Shown here: one piece after another, positions 60,258 through 64,000 of the stretch | Numbering within the stretch: the stretch's first letter is position 1 | Layout: every line of letters begins with the position of its first letter | Notes under the pieces: generated by a model | What the model was told of the DNA's origin: nothing | Database searches by the model: none | Seen by the model: the letters and a program-made list of their open reading frames with translations, nothing else | From: Ignavibacteriota bacterium | Lineage (GTDB): Bacteria > Bacteroidota > Ignavibacteria > Palsa-1295 | Assembly: GCA_963787835.1 (NCBI GenBank) | Contig: CAWBEI010000005.1 | Location: forward strand, 64,001-128,000 | DNA: 64,000 nt | Direction of reading: 5' to 3' | Translations under genes and position numbers: made by a program

Positions 60258-61163
60258 CTATTTGTTCGGTACGATCCGTATGGGTTGTGTCACCGGAAGC
60301 ACATCGAAATCCTTAAATACCGTTTGTCCATGCGCCGTAGAAGCATAAGCGAGGAACCCGCGTGGGATCGTATTCGGAACTTCGAACGAATAGCCAAAGA
60401 CCTTGCTCACGAATGGATAGAGGCCCTCGGCAATATAGGCCATGTGCAGCAGCACCGGCTCGATGAGGCCACGGGAGCTTGAATCTGCCGGAATGACCGG
60501 AAGCGCCTTGATGCTGGTATCGCCCTCAGATTCGAACCAGTGGACCCACGCGGAGCCGATAAAGCCTACTGATTTTGGATGTGCTGAAACATAGGATACA
60601 ATGCTATCGGCAGTGTTGAAATGAAGAATATATTTCGCCTTCTGCTCCGCGCCATTATTGAGAATGGAATCCAACACATATTCTGTGCTGGATGGATATG
60701 CAGGCAATACCAGGGTGACATCTCCCCAGGAAGTAGTTTCACCGGCGAACATCTTTTGCAGATCGCTCTTGCGGATCGTGGTTGAGGAATTTTTTTCCGA
60801 GACGATACAGGCGATGCCATCCTGGGCCAGACGGTAATCGGGAAGATCGGCAGAATCCGATCTCACTACTTCACGCTCTTTAGGAGTTAGCGTGCGGTCG
60901 ATGATGATGGCGCGGGTATCGTGATTGAGCAGTTCCCGGACGGCTTCTGTGGCGCTGGTGTATTTCACTGTCACATTTGCGTCGGGATTTTCGACCATAA
61001 AGCCGGTGACGAGGCTGTCGATCACAGGTTTTAATTCTTCATCGGCAACGAGTTGGAAACTGCCATACGTCGCGGTTTCGGACGTCGAGGCCTTTTCCTG
61101 TTTCTCGCACGCAGCACAGAAGAGCATGACGAGCAACGGAAGCAAGATGGAGCGCGGCTTCAT
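60258..61163 (-). CDS. PstS-like periplasmic-binding-fold lipoprotein
   Basis: CAAC lipobox; ADE.LKPVID, AQDGIA.IV, YP. Confidence 0.78.
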   Translation of the reverse strand: MKPRSILLPLLVMLFCAACEKQEKASTSETATYGSFQLVADEELKPVIDSLVTGFMVENPDANVTVKYTSATEAVRELLNHDTRAIIIDRTLTPKEREVVRSDSADLPDYRLAQDGIACIVSEKNSSTTIRKSDLQKMFAGETTSWGDVTLVLPAYPSSTEYVLDSILNNGAEQKAKYILHFNTADSIVSYVSAHPKSVGFIGSAWVHWFESEGDTSIKALPVIPADSSSRGLIEPVLLHMAYIAEGLYPFVSKVFGYSFEVPNTIPRGFLAYASTAHGQTVFKDFDVLPVTQPIRIVPNK

Positions 61164-61453
61164 GACTGTGGCGGCGTTGGCTCGGAATTTTTGCCGTTCA
61201 GAGTAACGGAATTATTCAGCTTATTGGCCCGACGGATCGTGGAGATGCCGGTAAAAATACGAAACACGGCATAGACTACGATGACAATTCCAACACCGGT
61301 TCTTAAATTAGTGATCGGTCCGACAACAGTTCCCTGATAGAACAATACGAATGCCGCCGTGCCGAGTGCAATGATCCCAATAACAATATACACCATCCCA
61401 GCGATCTTGTTCGGAGGCCGCTCGATGGGGCGACGGGGAGTGGTTGTTGCCAT
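61160..61453 (-). CDS. Small two-TM membrane protein
   Basis: Two hydrophobic helices; operonic overlap with next gene. Confidence 0.65.
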   Translation of the reverse strand: MATTTPRRPIERPPNKIAGMVYIVIGIIALGTAAFVLFYQGTVVGPITNLRTGVGIVIVVYAVFRIFTGISTIRRANKLNNSVTLNGKNSEPTPPQS

Positions 61454-61511
61454 GATAGATATAGTTGACTGATCCTGAACAGTGCATCACGCGCCGTGAC
61501 AAGACTGCTTC

Positions 61512-62255
61512 TTATTTCAACTTGAAATTGATCGTGCGCGTGATCCAGATCTTAAGCGGAGTGCCATTTTGCCGAGCGGGAGTGAACTTCGCACGTTTCA
61601 TAGCATCGATAGCTGCATCTTTGAAAAGATCGTAGTCAGATTTGAGAACTTCCACTTTCTCGACCGTTCCATCTTTACCAATGAGCGCCTGCACGGTAAC
61701 TTTTCCTTCGAGTCCGCTACGGCGAGCGACTTCTGGGTATTGGATGAGTTTTTCAATTGGTTGGATCGGCTCAGGCTCCTCGGACACATCGATGAATTCA
61801 TCCGGGGTTGGGTCGGCCTCCTGGACGGGTTGGTCGATATGCAATTCCACCGGAGCATTCGTAACCGGCCCATTTCCGACCGGCGCAGCTTGCGGTGCAG
61901 GCTGGTTCATGTCAGGGAGTGTCAACTGCGGAGCAACAGCATCGGGCACCGGTACAGGAACTCCCAAATTGGGTTTCACGACATTGCTTGGCGGCGGGGG
62001 TGTAACGGGCTGTACATCCTGGTTATCGATGGAGGGTGGTGGCGCAAGTTCTGCAATACCGTGAATCCGGACGTGCGGAATATGCTTGTCATCCTCGGAG
62101 GTGAACCACGACCAACCAACATAGAGTAGTAAGACGAGCAAATGCAGCGCAATGGAAATACCAAGCGCATTCGAGAAATACCGGTTCTGGTTTTTCTTGA
62201 GGTCAATGCCTCCGTATTGCTCGAGCTGTTCCGATACTAAATTACTAAGTGCCAT
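61512..62255 (-). CDS. tonB: Energy transducer TonB
   Basis: TM with S..LH, Pro-rich linker, YPEVARRSGLEGKV, FTPARQNG. Confidence 0.9.
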   Translation of the reverse strand: MALSNLVSEQLEQYGGIDLKKNQNRYFSNALGISIALHLLVLLLYVGWSWFTSEDDKHIPHVRIHGIAELAPPPSIDNQDVQPVTPPPPSNVVKPNLGVPVPVPDAVAPQLTLPDMNQPAPQAAPVGNGPVTNAPVELHIDQPVQEADPTPDEFIDVSEEPEPIQPIEKLIQYPEVARRSGLEGKVTVQALIGKDGTVEKVEVLKSDYDLFKDAAIDAMKRAKFTPARQNGTPLKIWITRTINFKLK

Positions 62256-62276
62256 ATTAATTTTCGAAATTCACTT

Positions 62277-62362
62277 GTAGGGACGTGCTGCGCACGTCCA
62301 ACGACCCGGGGTGAGCATTTTCGGACTCTCCGGGGGAGAGGACGTGCGCAGCACGTCCCTAC
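62277..62362. repeat. GTAG-type REP doublet, family D
   Basis: GTAGGGACGTGCTGCGCACGTCC ... GGACGTGCGCAGCACGTCCCTAC. Confidence 0.9.
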
Positions 62363-62367
62363 AGTCA

Positions 62368-62865
62368 TTACAAACCGCCGACCAATTTCAGATCCGTATC
62401 GTCCATTGCGACGAGGCTGAATCGCTTTTCGGACTGGTGAAGTTCGCCTTGCGTCTCGTTCAGATCATCGACCATCGTTACCAGCGTCTGATACTTTGCC
62501 TTCGGATCGATCTTGATGAGCGTCGAGAGCTTCGGATTGATCTGAAGATGCTCCTTGAGAATCTTCGGAACATCGTTCTCCGAGATCTTTTGCGGCGCTT
62601 CGGTTCCCATGTTCCAGAACACCGCCATATCCTGACGAATGCGGAGCGTCAGTAAGTTCGATTCCGCGATCTCGACCGGTATTTTCGAGTCCGGTGGCAT
62701 CGTGATCTCCATGACCTGCGGAGTAAGCAGGGTGGTCGTCAACATAAAGAACGTCAGCAACAGAAACGCGACATCGACCATCGGGGTCATGTCCAATCGC
62801 ACGCCTAAGCGCGCGCGTTTCTTGCCTTTCCCTCTTTTACCACCACTTTGAACAATTTCAGCCAT
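62368..62865 (-). CDS. exbD: Biopolymer transporter ExbD
   Basis: DMTPMVDVAFLLLTFFM. Confidence 0.92.
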   Translation of the reverse strand: MAEIVQSGGKRGKGKKRARLGVRLDMTPMVDVAFLLLTFFMLTTTLLTPQVMEITMPPDSKIPVEIAESNLLTLRIRQDMAVFWNMGTEAPQKISENDVPKILKEHLQINPKLSTLIKIDPKAKYQTLVTMVDDLNETQGELHQSEKRFSLVAMDDTDLKLVGGL

Positions 62866-62889
62866 TGTGTTTGTCCTTAAACGGTTCCG

Positions 62890-63435
62890 TTAAATTTTTT
62901 CCTTGTTCATGGTAACCAAATTCATACGCGTGGCTCCATTCTTTTGTAATGCGCGCATTACATCGTTGATCGTGCCGAACGTGACGGCCGAATCTGCATT
63001 GATCGCAAAGCGCATCGAGGGATTCTGTAAGCGGGCTTGCAGCACGACGGTTTCGAGCGTTGCCTTCGATACCACGACTCCAGCCTTCATTGCAAGTTCA
63101 GCATCGGTGAACGGCTGACCCGTTTTCGGGTCGAGAAGATTGAGCGGCTTATAGACCGGCGCGCGATCTTTCTCATTCGAAAGCCCGAATTCGATGACGG
63201 TATCGACACGGCCATCGGGTTGGGGTTTCAACCCAACTTCCACGGTCGCGATATTTGCGTCGGGAAGCTTTGTGGTATCCGCGACAGCCACCGGAAGCAT
63301 GATCTGCAACGGTTCATCCGATTGGGGCTTGAATTTTGCCGTGAGCATGAAGAACGTCAGGAGCAAAAAGCCCACATCGACCATCGGCGTCATGTCGAGG
63401 CGGTAACTGTGGCGTTTTATTTTATTCTTTGCCAT
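62890..63435 (-). CDS. exbD: Biopolymer transporter ExbD
   Basis: DMTPMVDVGFLLLTFFM, INAD. Confidence 0.92.
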   Translation of the reverse strand: MAKNKIKRHSYRLDMTPMVDVGFLLLTFFMLTAKFKPQSDEPLQIMLPVAVADTTKLPDANIATVEVGLKPQPDGRVDTVIEFGLSNEKDRAPVYKPLNLLDPKTGQPFTDAELAMKAGVVVSKATLETVVLQARLQNPSMRFAINADSAVTFGTINDVMRALQKNGATRMNLVTMNKEKI

Positions 63436-63455
63436 TTTATTTTAAATCTTTCCTT

Positions 63456-63522
63456 GTAGCGCCGGCGTCCTCGCCGGTCCCTGCATTTGAGGCAGGGGAA
63501 CCGGCGAGGACGCCGGCGCTAC
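63456..63522. repeat. GTAG-type REP doublet, family E
   Basis: GTAGCGCCGGCGTCCTCGCCGGT ... ACCGGCGAGGACGCCGGCGCTAC. Confidence 0.92.
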
Positions 63523-63526
63523 ATTT

Positions 63527-64000
63527 TTACGCAGAAGCTTTCGTGAGAAAGCGTGTCTCGAGCGTTTCGACGAGGTTCAGGCAGGCTTCATCGATCGTGT
63601 AGATAAAGCTATCGACCTTCGTGGTGAAGAAGTTGTAGAACACGATGGCGATGATAGCGCCGAAGATTCCAAAGGCGGTATTGACGAGCGCCTCGGAAAT
63701 ACCGATGGAAAGCTGCGTCGCGCTCGCGGCACCGGCTTCGCCAAGTGCACGGAAAGAGCGGATCATACCAAGCACCGTTCCCAAGAGACCGACCATCGTG
63801 GAGATGGAGGCGATCGTCGAAAGGCCGATGAGGTTACGCTCCAGGAGCGGGGTTTCGATGCTCGTGGCTTCTTCGATGGTGCGCTTTACTTCTGCGAGCT
63901 TAAGTGCGGCGGCCATGCCACCCTCGTTACGTACTTTCTTGAAGCTTTCGAGACCGGCGCGAAGAATATTCGCTACGGTGCCGCGCTGTTTGGAGCAAAG
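63527..64000 (-). CDS. exbB: MotA/TolQ/ExbB proton channel (5'-truncated by window edge)
   Basis: GLLGTVLGMI.SF, GISEALVNTAFG. Confidence 0.92.
   Translation of the reverse strand, partial: LCSKQRGTVANILRAGLESFKKVRNEGGMAAALKLAEVKRTIEEATSIETPLLERNLIGLSTIASISTMVGLLGTVLGMIRSFRALGEAGAASATQLSIGISEALVNTAFGIFGAIIAIVFYNFFTTKVDSFIYTIDEACLNLVETLETRFLTKASA

Overview
A 64-kb bacterial chromosomal segment, probably from the Bacteroidota-Chlorobiota (FCB) radiation and Ignavibacteria/Kapabacteria-like. This is an inference from several type IX secretion (T9SS) C-terminal domains, the tuf-rpsJ linkage and an exbB-exbD-exbD-tonB-PBP-TPR cluster. Most of it is housekeeping: partial gyrA, tRNA-fMet, tRNA-Gly, tuf plus S10/spc ribosomal genes ending at rpmD, tsaC/SUA5, pheS, pheT, zapA and ychF. 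These are interspersed with five toxin-antitoxin loci, secreted proteins and at least five families of REP-like palindromic doublets. The most unusual features are: (1) a small GIY-YIG nuclease between an intact tRNA-fMet and a 56-bp duplicate of it, with the ORF ending in the duplicate's anticodon loop; (2) a ~680-nt ORF-poor intergenic region with nested long-range inverted repeats, a candidate large structured RNA; (3) pheS split into two ORFs, with an apparently duplicated N-terminal arm and an in-frame REP insertion; (4) a toxin-antitoxin module flanked by a degenerate copy of the neighbouring gene's 3' end. All calls were made by eye from motifs; no database searches were run.
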